From: an uncultured Acidobacteriota bacterium
GTDB lineage: Bacteria; Acidobacteriota; Thermoanaerobaculia; UBA5066; Gp7-AA6
Assembly (NCBI GenBank): GCA_963723535.1
Contig: CAVRRE010000015.1
Location: forward strand, 105,445-169,444
Reading direction: 5' to 3'
Length of the DNA stretch: 64,000 bases
The notes below the pieces were generated by a model. It did not search any database. It saw nothing but the letters and a program-made list of their open reading frames with translations, and was not told the origin of the DNA. Positions 21,167-31,017 of the stretch are shown one piece after another; within the stretch, counting starts at the first letter, position 1; each line of letters opens with the position of its first letter. Made by a program: the position numbers and the translations under genes.

Positions 21167-22563
21167 GCGCCGCGGGCGCGCCGCAGGAAGGCCCGAAGGC
21201 CGGAGCGCCGGAGCTCGCCCGGGGCCTCGGCCTCTGGGACACGAGCCTCATGGTCCTCGGGCTCGTCATCGGCGGCGGCATCTTCCTCACTCCGCGAGCA
21301 TCGCGAAGGCGATTCCGAACGAGGGCTGGATCCTCGGCCTCTGGATCGTCGGGAGGCCTCCTCGCGATCGTCGGCGGACTCGTCTACGCCGAGATGGGCG
21401 CGATGATGCCGAAGGCCGGCGGGATGTACGTCTTCTTCCGGGAGGCGTTCGGGGAGCTGCCGGCCTTCCTCTACGCCTGGGTGGCCTTCTGGGTCATCCT
21501 CATCGGCTCCGACGCCGCCGTGGCGGTCGGCTTCGCACAGTACTTTTCGGTCTTTTTCCCATCGCTCTCGAACGCGAACGTCGTCCTGACCGCTCGGCCC
21601 GATCGCGATCACCGCGGCGCAGCTCGTCGCGGTCGCCCTCGTCGTCGTGCTCTCGGCCTCCCACTACGTGGGGGTCCGCGAGGGCGCCCGCATCCAGGGC
21701 CTCTTCACGTCGATGATCGTCCTCGCGCTGCTCTGGATCGCGGTTGGCGGAGCGTTCGCTTCGAGCGGCCGGCCGGAAGCCGCGAGCCGCGCTGACGCCC
21801 GCGGCGGCGATCTCCTTCGCCGGCGTCGGCACGGCGCTGGTGGCGATCTTCTGGACCTACTACGGCTGGAACGAGATCGTCGCCGTCGCCGGCGAGGTCG
21901 CGAACCCGAAGCGCAACCTGCCGCTCGCGCTCATCGCCGGGACGGGCCTCGTGACCCTGCTCTACGTCGCGGTCAACGCCGTCTTCCTCAAGGCGATCCC
22001 GGCCGCCGAGATGGCCGGCGTCGGCGAGCCGGCCGCGGTCGCCGCGACCCGCCTCTTCGGCAGCGGCGCCGCGTTCCTCATCGCGCTCGGCCATCACCGC
22101 CGCGGCCGCCGGCTGCACCTCGGCCGGGATCGCTCCCGGGCCGCGCATCGTCTACGCCCTCGCCAAGGACGGGCTCTTCCCGGCGGCGTTCGGGAGGGTC
22201 CATCCTCGCTTCCAGACGCCCTCGTTCGCGATCGTCGTGCAGGCGGTCTGGATGTCGCTGTTGTGCCTGTCCGGCCGTTACGACCAGCTCTACACCTACG
22301 CCACGTTCTTCGTCATCCTGGCCTACGCGGCGACCGGCCTCTCGCTCTTCGTGATGCGGCGGCGGCGCCCGGACCTCCGCCGCCCGTACCGCTGCTGGGG
22401 CTATCCCGTCGTTCCGTTTGTCTTCGTCTGCGTTCAGTCTCCTGCTCGCCGCCAACACCCTGCGCGAGCAACCCAGGGAGACGCTCGCCGGGATCGGGAT
22501 CCTGCTGCTCGGCCTGCCGGTCTACTTCAGCATGCGCCGGCGCCGCCGCAAGGCGGCTTCGTG
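21163..22563 (+). CDS. APC-family amino acid permease (candidate lysine or beta-lysine importer), multiple frameshifts
   Basis: TTG start overlapping the kce stop. GLWDTSLMVLGLVIGGGIFLTP...LAIVGGLVYAEMGAMMPKAGGMYVFFREAFGELPAFLYAWVAFWVILIGSDAAVAVGFAQYFSVFFP...LTPAAAISFAGVGTALVAIFWTYYGWNEIVAVAGEVANPKRNLPLALIAGTGLVTLLYVAVNAVFL...VHPRFQTPSFAIVVQAVWMSLL...LPVYFSMRRRRRKAAS*. At least five frame changes. Confidence 0.7.
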
Positions 22564-24703
22564 AGAGCCGTCGGCGGAGCGGCCGCCGCGTGTTTGCTCG
22601 CCGCGCTCGCGATTTCGGCCGGGCCAGCTTCGCCTCCGCCCCTGACCGGCTTCACGCCGGAGCGGAGCGCGTGGCAGCGGGAGTACGAGAAGCGCCTGCT
22701 CGCCCTCCCGCAACCCGCGGAGTGCGAAGCGATCCATCGCGAGCTCACGCGCGCGCCGCATATCGCCGGCACCGAGGGCAACGCGCGCGTCGCCGAGTAC
22801 CTCGCCGCCGAGTACCGCAAGGCCGGGTTCGAAGTGGAGATGCCGGCCTACGAGGTTCTCCTCTCGTATCCGAAGAGCGCGACGCTCGAGATCGTCGGCG
22901 ATCCGCCGATCGCTCTGGCCCGCGGGGAGCTGCCGATCCCTGAGGATCCGGACACCGCCGTGCCCGAGGCCGCCATCCCCTGGAACGCCTACTCCCCCTC
23001 GGCCGAGGTCACCGGAGAGGTGGTCTACGTCAACTTCGGGAGCGCCGAGGACTACGAACGCCTCCGCGCCCTGGGCCTCGAGGTCCGCGGCAAGATCGTC
23101 CTCGCGCGCTACTCCCACGGCTATCGCGGCGGCAAGGCGCTCGAGGCCGAGAAGCGCGGGGCGCTCGCAATCCTGGTCTACTCGGATCCGATCGAAGACG
23201 GCTGGTTTCGGGGCCCCGTCTATCCGTCAGGGCCCGTGGGGACCGGCCTCCCACTTCCAGCGCGGGTCGAACGTCTACGACTTCCTCGTGCCCGGAGACC
23301 CGTTGACGCCGGGCTGGGCCTCCACGCCCGACGCGAAGCGCATCCCGATGGCGGAGGCCGAGAGCCTGCCGAAGATCCCGATGATGCCCCTCTCCCCGCG
23401 GGACGCGGCCGAGATCCTCGCCCGGCTCGGCGGTCGCACGGTCCCGGACGCTTCCTGGCAGGGCCTCGCCGTGGCCGACACGTTCCGCATCGGGCCCGGG
23501 CCCGTCCGCGTGCACCTGAAGATCGAGAACACGCGCGAGAAGCGCACCATCAAGAACGTCATCGCCACGCTCCGGGGGTCGGAGATGCCGGAAAAGAAGG
23601 TCCTCCTCTCGAACCACTTCGACGCCTGGATCTACGGCGCCGTCGACCCCTCGTCGGGGACCGCGTCGATGCTGGCGCTCGCGCGCGCTCTCGGCCGGCT
23701 GGCGGCGGATGGCTATCGCCCCCGCCGCACGATCGTCATCGGCGAGTGGGACGCCGAGGAGTACACGCTGACCGGGTCCACGGAGTGGGGCGAGCAGTAC
23801 GAAAAAGATCTTCGGCAGAGCGCGGTCGTCTGCATCAACGTGGACGCCTCCGCCCTGGGACGGGAGTTCGCGGCCTCGGCGTCGCCCCTGCTCGTCTCGG
23901 CGATCCGCGACGCGGCCCGGGACTTCCCGGATCCCTCGACGCCCGGCAAGAGCCTCGCGGACTCCTGGCGCGCGACGGCGGCGGCCGCCGGAGCGGACGG
24001 CGGGGAGCTGCCGGTGGCGATCCTCGGGAGCGGCTCGGACTACACGGTGTTCTTCAACCATCTGGGCATCGCCTCGGTCGACCTCGTCTTCGACGGCCCC
24101 TACGGCGTGTACCACTCCGTCTACGACACGCACCGATGGATGGCCACGCAGGGCGACCCCGGGTTCGTCTACCACGCGGCCATGGCGAAGTACGCCGGAA
24201 TGCTCGCCCTCCGCTACGCCAACGCCGACGTTCTTCCCTTCGACGCCGCGGCCTACGGCCGGGAGATCGCGAAATACGCGGAAGGCCTCGAGGCTCTTCC
24301 CGGTGCGGAGTCCCTCCGGCCGGGGCTGCGGGAGCTCGTCTCCCGGGCCCGCGCCTGGAGCGAAGCCTCGGCCAGCGCGCAGAAGCAGATTGCCGCGCGC
24401 GTCGCCGCCGGTGAGAGCGGCGCCCTGAGCCTCGGCGATGCCAACGCCTGGCTGCTCTCCCTCGAACGCTCTCTCATCGACGCACCGGGGATTCCGGGCC
24501 GGCCGTGGTTCCGGCATCTCGTCTACGCTCCCCTGCCGTCGTACGAAGCCGAGACTCTCCCCGCGATCCGCGAGGCCATCGTGGAGGGTCGGACCGAGTC
24601 GGCGGGTCTCCAGATCCAGCGGCTCTCCGACAAGCTGTCGACGGCCGCCGCCTCGGCCCGCAAGGCCGAGTCGCTTTTCCGGCCGAAGCCGAAGTCCCGA
24701 TGA
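22560..24703 (+). CDS. M28-family peptidase related to glutamate carboxypeptidase II / N-acetylated-alpha-linked acidic dipeptidase (PSMA-like), frameshift near 23240
   Basis: GTGA overlap with the permease stop. N-terminal hydrophobic anchor followed by PA/M28/dimerisation architecture: ...GKIVLARYSHGYRGGKALEAEKRGALAILVYSDPIEDGWF...|...GDPLTPGWASTPDAKRIPMAEAESLPKIPMMPLSPRDAAEIL...KVLLSNHFDAWIYGAVDPSSGTASMLALARAL...IVIGEWDAEEYTLTGSTEWGEQ...GSGSDYTVFFNHLGIASVDL...GVYHSVYDTHRWM. Confidence 0.75.
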
Positions 24704-24741
24704 CCCGGCCGCGGGCGGCGCTCGCTCTCGCGGCGGAGGCT

Positions 24742-25477
24742 CTAGCGCGCGGCCGACGCGGGAGGCGCGCTGGCGGCGGCCGGGAGAGGGCTCGGTACCC
24801 CGGCCTTCCACCACGTCATGATGCGGTCGACGTAGGCCACGGTCTCCCGGTACGGCGGGACGCCGCCGTACGTCTCGACCGCGCCCTCACCCGCGTTGTA
24901 GGCCGCCAGCACGAGCTCGGGCCGGTGACCGAAGCGGTCCACGAGCTCCCGGAGGTATTTCACTCCTCCCCGCACGTTCGCGGCCGGGTCGAACGACTGA
25001 GCGCACCGAGAGCCTCTTCGCGGTCGCGGGCATGAGCTGCATGAGGCCGCGGGCGCCCTTGCGCGAGACGGCGCGCGGCTGATAGTTCGACTCGGCGCGG
25101 ATCAGGGCCGACACGAGCGAGGCGTCGATGTCGTACTCCTTCGCCGCCTTCTCGATGATGGCGTCGTACTCGGTTCCGAAGAGCGCCCGGCGCTCCGCCG
25201 AGTACGAGAGGTCGAACGGCCCGCCGGCGTCGAGCAGGTCGGGCTCCACGAGGACGGTGTCGACCACGACCTCGTCGTCCACGATCCGTTCCACGCGCCC
25301 GAGCTCGACGCGATAGCTCCCCCCGCCGGGCAGCGAGATCTCGACCTCTTCGGCATGCAGCCGGTAGGACGCCGCCTTCACGACGCGCCCGTCCTCGAAG
25401 ACGATCAGCTCCGCCACGGCCGGAGAAGCCGACAGCGCCAGGCCCAGGAGGGCCGTCACCCGTGCGAAGCGGAGCAT
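24742..25477 (-). CDS. lytic transglycosylase (SLT-domain) with signal peptide, frameshift near 24990
   Basis: MLRFARVTALLGLALSASPAVA, then ...ASLVSALIRAESNYQPRAVSRKGARGLMQLMPATA (SLT catalytic region) | ...KYLRELVDRFGHRPELVLAAYNAGEGAV. Confidence 0.7.
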
Positions 25478-25530
25478 TCCGGACGCAAAACGTCCGCTCC
25501 CGGCCGGGCATTCCGGGCATTTCGGCGGCC

Positions 25531-26505
25531 TCATCGGCCCATTTTCGCACGCCCGGTCTTCCTCGCCCGGGGGTGAAACTCGTCGTAGACCCGCCGGAGC
25601 CTCCCGCGCGACACGCTCGTGTAGATCTGGGTCGTGGCGATGTCGGCGTGTCCCAGCATCATCTGGAGGGCCCGCAGGTCCGCGCCGTGCTCCAGCAGGT
25701 GCGTCGCGAAGGCATGCCGGACGACGTGGGGCGTGAGGCGAGAGCGGATCCCGGCCTTGCGGCCGTAGGCCGTGATCAGCTGCCAGAAGCGCTGGCGTGT
25801 CATCGCCGCGCCGCGCGCCGAGAGAAAGAGGTGGGGCGAGCGGCGGCGGTCGAGCGGAGGCCGGCCGACCTCGAGGTAGCGCGCGAGCCAGCGGGCCGCC
25901 GATTTGCCGAACGGGACGAGTCGTTCCTTGCCGCCCTTGCCCGTGATCCGCAGGATGCCGTTCGCCATGTCCACGCCGTCGCGGGGCAGGCGCACGATCT
26001 CGGAAACGCGAAGCCCCGAGGCGTACAGAAGCTCGAGCATCGCCCGGTCGCGCAGGCCCAGGGGATTCTTCGGGTCGGGCGCCTCGAGAAGCGCCTCGAC
26101 CTCGTCCTCCCCGAGGCTCTTGGGCAGCGCGAGACCGACGCGCGGGTTCTGGAGGTCCACCGTCGGATCCTCCGCGAAGCCCAGGTGCACGGCCGCGAAC
26201 GCGTAGAAACCGCGAACGGCCGAGAGGGCTCGCGAGGCCGAGCGCGAGGACAACCCGCGCGTCGAAAGCGACCGCAGGTACCGGGCCAGGTCCGAGCGGG
26301 ACGCCCGCGAAGCCTCGAGCCGCCGTTCCGCCAGGAATCCGCCGAAGGCCGTGAGGTCGCTCCGGTAGGCTGCCACGCTGGCGCTCGAGAGGCCCCGCTC
26401 GACGGACAGGTGGTCGAGGTAGGTCGGCAGGTCGCGCTCGAGGAACCGGCTGGATGGAGCCACGGCGGGTCGCGACGGTCCGGATCGGGGCGAGCCGCGC
26501 TTCAT
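25531..26505 (-). CDS. xerD: tyrosine site-specific recombinase XerD/XerC family, intact
   Basis: LDHLSVERGLSSASVAAYRSDLTAFGGFL...; catalytic region ...RLTPHVVRHAFATHLLEHGADLRALQMMLGHADIATTQIYTSV (R...HxxR...Y). Confidence 0.85.
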   Translation of the reverse strand: MKRGSPRSGPSRPAVAPSSRFLERDLPTYLDHLSVERGLSSASVAAYRSDLTAFGGFLAERRLEASRASRSDLARYLRSLSTRGLSSRSASRALSAVRGFYAFAAVHLGFAEDPTVDLQNPRVGLALPKSLGEDEVEALLEAPDPKNPLGLRDRAMLELLYASGLRVSEIVRLPRDGVDMANGILRITGKGGKERLVPFGKSAARWLARYLEVGRPPLDRRRSPHLFLSARGAAMTRQRFWQLITAYGRKAGIRSRLTPHVVRHAFATHLLEHGADLRALQMMLGHADIATTQIYTSVSRGRLRRVYDEFHPRARKTGRAKMGR

Positions 26506-26545
26506 CGCTCGCCGTGCTTCAGAGGTTCGGGCCTCGGGCCGCGGA

Positions 26546-27829
26546 TCAGACGCGGCCCGCGGTCTCGGGCGTCAGCCGCTGCACGACCTCGAGGATCTCG
26601 CCGTCATCGAGAACGTGGTCGCTCTCCTTGGCGGCCCGGAAGATCGCGTCGACGAGCTCCGCCCGCGGCTCCAAGCCGTGGCTCTCGAGCCAGCACTGGA
26701 CGTTCGAGAGCCCGCTCATGGGCCCGACCTCGATCACCTGATGGCGCCCGACCATGGAGGCCGGCACACCCGAGTACACCCGGTCCGAGAGCCACTCGTC
26801 GCCCTTCTTGCGGGCCTTGATGATGGCGGCCGCGTGCACGCCGGTTCCGGTGCGAAACGCGTCGCGTCCGACGATCGGGTAGTTGTCGGGGATGCGGACG
26901 CCGGTCGCCTCCGAGACGGCCGCGCAGTAGTCGTTCAGGCGCGTCAGGTCCCGGTCGATCCAGCCGAGGAGCTGGAGGTTGACGAGCAGCTGATCCATGG
27001 GCGTGTTGCCGACGCGCTCGCCGATGCCGAGCCCGCAGGCGTGGACCCGATGCGCTCCGGCCTCGAGGGCCCAGAGCGCGTTCGTGACGCCGAGCCCGCG
27101 GTCCTGGTGGCCGTGCCAGTCGACCTTGACCTCCGGGTTGACCTCGTCGACCACACCCGAGACGAAGGCCACGAGGTTGCGCACGCCGTTGGGAGTGGCA
27201 TGGCCGACCGTGTCGCAGACGCAGACGCGGCCCGCGCCGGCGCGGATCGCCGTCGCGTACATCCGGCGGACGTGATCCGGGTGCGCCCGGGTCGTGTCCT
27301 CCGTGACGTACATGACCGGAAGCCCCGCGCGCACCGCCAGGGACACGGCGTCTTCCGAGAGTCGGAGCATCTTGTCGAAATCCCAATCCTCGGTGTACTG
27401 GCGGATCGGAGAGGACCCGATGAAGCAGGACACCTCGATCGGGATCCCGACCTTCTGCGAGATCTCGATGATCGGCACGATGTCGGCCGCGACGGTGCGC
27501 GCGGCGCAGTTCGGCCGGATCTTGAGCTTGCCGCGGACGATCTCCTGCGCCAGCCGCGTCACGGTCTCGACGACGTGCGGGCCGGCCCCCGGAAGCCCGA
27601 TGTCGGCCGAGTCGACGCCGAGGGCCTCCATCAGGTGGAGGATGCGGATCTTCTGCTCGATCGAGGGGCTCTTGACGGAGGGCGACTGCAGGCCGTCGCG
27701 CAGCGTCTCGTCGTCGAGCTCCACGCGCCCGCGCTTCGGGAAGACCGCGCCCCCGGCGCGGTTCCAGTCGTAAATCAGGTCGGAGTCCGGCGGGTGCAAG
27801 AGAGTGTTCTCCCGGAGAAAGTCTAGCAC
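26546..27829 (-). CDS. 2-isopropylmalate/homocitrate/citramalate synthase-family (DRE-TIM metallolyase) protein lacking the C-terminal regulatory domain, intact
   Basis: 427 aa: ...LDDETLRDGLQSP...HGHQDRGLGVTNALWALEAGAHRVHACGLGIGERVGNTPMDQLLVNL (HxH...GERxGN metal and substrate motifs). Confidence 0.7.
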   Translation of the reverse strand: MLDFLRENTLLHPPDSDLIYDWNRAGGAVFPKRGRVELDDETLRDGLQSPSVKSPSIEQKIRILHLMEALGVDSADIGLPGAGPHVVETVTRLAQEIVRGKLKIRPNCAARTVAADIVPIIEISQKVGIPIEVSCFIGSSPIRQYTEDWDFDKMLRLSEDAVSLAVRAGLPVMYVTEDTTRAHPDHVRRMYATAIRAGAGRVCVCDTVGHATPNGVRNLVAFVSGVVDEVNPEVKVDWHGHQDRGLGVTNALWALEAGAHRVHACGLGIGERVGNTPMDQLLVNLQLLGWIDRDLTRLNDYCAAVSEATGVRIPDNYPIVGRDAFRTGTGVHAAAIIKARKKGDEWLSDRVYSGVPASMVGRHQVIEVGPMSGLSNVQCWLESHGLEPRAELVDAIFRAAKESDHVLDDGEILEVVQRLTPETAGRV

Positions 27830-27866
27830 CCCGCGCGGCGGCGCGGCGGGGCCGGCGGACGGGCGT

Positions 27867-29045
27867 TCAAGGCTGCGGGGCCCCGATCGAGAAATCGGCC
27901 CCGATGAAGAAGGTGAATTCCGGCGATCCGAGGGGGTCGGAGAGGCTGCCGCCGAAGATGCCGCGGCGGAGCACGTCGAGCGTCTGCGTCGGAAGGACGC
28001 CGGCCGAGTCGGTGAGCGTCACCGTTTCGTCTCCCCAGGCGAGGCGCGCGCCGACGCGCGCGCGGATGGCCGGACTGAATGCGTAGCGATAGGTCATGTC
28101 GACGAAGAGCTCCTCGTTGTCGGAAAACGGATCGAAGCCCTGGTCGAACATTTCGACTTCCCGGCCGAGAACGGCGAGCGAGACGAACGGCAGCTCCTGG
28201 CGGTCATAGGTCGTCGAGAGCATGACCTCGGACTGCGACCAGCAGTACGCGGCCGAGAGCCGGTAGGCCTGGAGCGTCGCCCTCTCGTCCGTGTCCCGGT
28301 CCTGGAAATTGGGAAAGCTCTCCCGATGCACGTCCAGGTCTCCGCTCGCGTATTCCCCGTGGAGAACGAACGTCCAGGGCGGCGCGGGCCGGAAGCGGAC
28401 CTCGGCCTCCCCGCCGAAGATGTTGCCGGAGGCATCGTAGAAGGATCGGGCGGTCGCGTTGTAGCCCGTCAGCTTCGTCCAGTGGAAGGCGGCCGCGGCC
28501 TCGAGGCCCCGCCACCGGTGGCGCCAGCCCGCCGCCGCATCGATGCGCTGGGAGGAGAGGTCCCTGGCCTCCGAGAGCTCCTGGTTCGTTCCTCCGAAGT
28601 TGATGACGTCGGTCGAGCGGTTGTTCCGGCTTTCGCCCGCCAGCTCGATGGAGTCCGCCGGCGTCACGGGAAGGCGCGCGAGGAGCGCGAAGTTCTCGGC
28701 GCGGCCCGTTCCGTTGGAGAGGACGATCGGCAGGCCCAGCTCCGGCTGGTCGCGTGGGCGTGCCTGCTCGTCGTGAGATGTCCCGAACGCGGCGCGAGCC
28801 CGCCACTCGAACGCGGGAGTGCCGGCGCCGAGCCCCGCCGGGGCGTACCGCGCGTATCCCATCCCGACGAGCACGAACTTGGGCGTCACGTCCGAAGTGT
28901 CCACCGTGATTCCGACCTCCCACCGGCGCGCGAGAGTGGCGTAGGAGAAGCCGAGGTCGCCACCCAGCCCGGGCCGCGGGGAGAGCCCGGTGCCGAGCAG
29001 CAGGCTCGCGCAGAACACACAGGCGCTGACGAGATCGATGCCCAT
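27867..29045 (-). CDS. hypothetical outer-membrane beta-barrel protein with signal peptide, intact
   Basis: N-terminal signal peptide. Alternating amphipathic beta-strand pattern with Gly/aromatic girdles across 392 aa. No recognisable enzymatic motif. Confidence 0.45.
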   Translation of the reverse strand: MGIDLVSACVFCASLLLGTGLSPRPGLGGDLGFSYATLARRWEVGITVDTSDVTPKFVLVGMGYARYAPAGLGAGTPAFEWRARAAFGTSHDEQARPRDQPELGLPIVLSNGTGRAENFALLARLPVTPADSIELAGESRNNRSTDVINFGGTNQELSEARDLSSQRIDAAAGWRHRWRGLEAAAAFHWTKLTGYNATARSFYDASGNIFGGEAEVRFRPAPPWTFVLHGEYASGDLDVHRESFPNFQDRDTDERATLQAYRLSAAYCWSQSEVMLSTTYDRQELPFVSLAVLGREVEMFDQGFDPFSDNEELFVDMTYRYAFSPAIRARVGARLAWGDETVTLTDSAGVLPTQTLDVLRRGIFGGSLSDPLGSPEFTFFIGADFSIGAPQP

Positions 29046-29057
29046 CGTCGTCCCTGG

Positions 29058-30695
29058 TCAGCGTCCCGCGAAACGCGCCGGGCGCTTTTCGAGGAAGGCC
29101 GTCATGCCTTCCTTCATGTCCGAGGTCGCGGCGCAGAGCCCGAAGAGGGTGGCCTCGAGCAGCAGTCCCTCCGCGAGGGGCATCTCGAGGCCCCGGTGGA
29201 TGGCGTCGAGGACGTATCGGCAGGCGATCGGACCGTTCGCGAGGATCGCTTTCGCCATCTCGCGCGCCGCGCCCGCCGCCTGGCCGACGGGCACGACCTT
29301 GTTGACGAGGCCGATCCGCCACGCTTCCTGGGCGTCGATCTGCTCGGCGGTCAGGCACAGCTGCATCGCCCGTCCTTCGCCCACGAGACGCGCCAGCCTC
29401 TGCGACCCGCCGTAACCGGGGAGGATCCCGAGCTTGACCTCCGGCTGTCCGAAGCGGGCATTCTCGGACGCGATCCGGATCGTGCACGCGAGGGCGAGCT
29501 CGCACCCGCCGCCGAGGGCATAGCCGTTGATGGCGGCGATCACGGGCTTCCCCAGGTTCTCGAGCCGGGCGACGATGGCCTGGCCCCGGAGGGCGTGCTC
29601 GCGGCCGTCGACGGGCGTGAGCTTCGCGAGCTCGCCGATGTCGGCTCCCGCGATGAAGGCCTTTTCGCCGGCGCCGGTGATGATGACGACGCCGACGGCC
29701 GCGTCGTGCTTCGCGGCGTCGAGCTCCCGCTCGAGGTCCGCCATCACTCCGGAATTCAGCGCGTTCAGCTTCTCGGGCCGGTTGACCGTCAACGTGCGGA
29801 CACCGTCGGCGGTTTCGACGAGAACGAGTTCGCTCAGCTTCTCCCCTCCGTACTCATAGAAGCCCCGGCCCGATTTCCGTCCGTAGCGGCCGGCCAGAAC
29901 CATGCGCTTCAACAGCGGCGGAGGCGCGAAGCGCTTCTCGCGGTATTCGTCGAACATGATCTCGGCGATGGCGTAGGTCGTGTCGAGGCCCACGAAGTCG
30001 AGGAGCTTCAGCGGGCCCATGGGATGGCCGCAGCCGAGCTCCATGCCCTTGTCGATGTCCTCGCGGGTGCCCACGCCGTCTTCGAGCGCCCGGACCGCGT
30101 CGAGCAGGTACGGGACGAGGAGCCGGTTGACGATGAAGCCCGAATTGTCGTGCGTGCGGATCGGCTCCTTGCCGAGCGACCGGGCGAACTCGAACACGGC
30201 GGCCGCCGTCGCCTCCGACGTCGCGATCGTGCGGACCACCTCGACGAGCTTCATGACGGGAACGGGATTGAAGAAGTGCAGCCCGGCGAAGCGGTCCGGA
30301 CGCTTCGTCGCCGCCGACATCTCGGTGATCGTGAGCGAGGAGGTGTTCGAGCAGAAAATCGTCTCCGGCTTGCAGACCGCGTCGAGGGTCCGGTAGGTCT
30401 CCTTCTTCAGCTCGAGGTTCTCGACGATCGCCTCGATGATGAGGTCGCAATCCGCCAGATCCTCGAGGCGCGTCGTCGAAGCGATCCGCTTCCACGCCGC
30501 GTCCCGGTCCGCCGCCGCGAGCTTGCCCTTTTCGACGGCCTTCCCGAGCGACCCCTCGATGCGGCCGAGGCCCTTCTTCGCCAGGTCGTCGCTGACTTCG
30601 CGGACAACCGTGTCGTATCCCGCCTTCGCGCACACTTCGGCGATCCCCGAGCCCATGAGGCCGGCGCCGAGGACTCCCACCTTACGAATCGGCAT
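29058..30695 (-). CDS. bifunctional 3-hydroxyacyl-CoA (3-hydroxybutyryl-CoA) dehydrogenase / enoyl-CoA hydratase (crotonase) fusion, intact
   Basis: N-terminus VGVLGAGLMGSGIAEVCA (NAD Rossmann) ...HFFNPVPVMKLVEVV...SPGFIVNRLL (Hbd family). C-terminus ...ITGAGEKAFIAGADI...GYALGGGCELALACTIRIASENARFGQPEVKLGILPGYGGSQRL (crotonase fold). Confidence 0.88.
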   Translation of the reverse strand: MPIRKVGVLGAGLMGSGIAEVCAKAGYDTVVREVSDDLAKKGLGRIEGSLGKAVEKGKLAAADRDAAWKRIASTTRLEDLADCDLIIEAIVENLELKKETYRTLDAVCKPETIFCSNTSSLTITEMSAATKRPDRFAGLHFFNPVPVMKLVEVVRTIATSEATAAAVFEFARSLGKEPIRTHDNSGFIVNRLLVPYLLDAVRALEDGVGTREDIDKGMELGCGHPMGPLKLLDFVGLDTTYAIAEIMFDEYREKRFAPPPLLKRMVLAGRYGRKSGRGFYEYGGEKLSELVLVETADGVRTLTVNRPEKLNALNSGVMADLERELDAAKHDAAVGVVIITGAGEKAFIAGADIGELAKLTPVDGREHALRGQAIVARLENLGKPVIAAINGYALGGGCELALACTIRIASENARFGQPEVKLGILPGYGGSQRLARLVGEGRAMQLCLTAEQIDAQEAWRIGLVNKVVPVGQAAGAAREMAKAILANGPIACRYVLDAIHRGLEMPLAEGLLLEATLFGLCAATSDMKEGMTAFLEKRPARFAGR

Positions 30696-31017
30696 GCTCT
30701 CCCTCGCTCGCCGCCTCTGCGGCGGCGGCGTCCACAGCTTCCAGAACCTCGACCTCCCCGCAGAAGTCCGAGAGGGTCATCTCGCGGTCGAACGACGGGC
30801 CCGCCAGGGCGAGGAGCGGCGTGTTGGGCGCCACCACGATCCAGCCGCTCTCGGTCCAGTGCCGGAGCGCCTCCGCGCAGAGGCCGCCTTCGTTGAGGGT
30901 CGTCATCACGGCGTTCAGATCTCCCGTGCCGCGGGCGCGCAGATCGCAGAGAAAGTCGGCGACCGCCGCGGCCCGCACGGGAAAGTCCAGGATTCGTCGC
31001 GTCCAGGTCAGGTTCAT
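30682..31017 (-). CDS. hypothetical protein (111 aa), translationally coupled to the upstream secreted protein
   Basis: ATGA overlap with the stop of the 31014..32285 gene. MNLTWTRRILDFPVRAAAVADFLCDLRARGTGDLNAVMTTLNEGGLCAEALRHWTESGWIVVAPNTPLLALAGPSFDREMTLSDFCGEVEVLEAV... Confidence 0.4.
   Translation of the reverse strand: MNLTWTRRILDFPVRAAAVADFLCDLRARGTGDLNAVMTTLNEGGLCAEALRHWTESGWIVVAPNTPLLALAGPSFDREMTLSDFCGEVEVLEAVDAAAAEAASEGEHADS

Noticed and set aside
25531-26505. xerD as a sign of an integrated mobile element or genomic island boundary
   Set aside because: The flanking genes are ordinary chromosomal genes with the same GC content. No attachment-site repeats or cargo genes were seen, so this is most likely the housekeeping chromosome-dimer-resolution recombinase.
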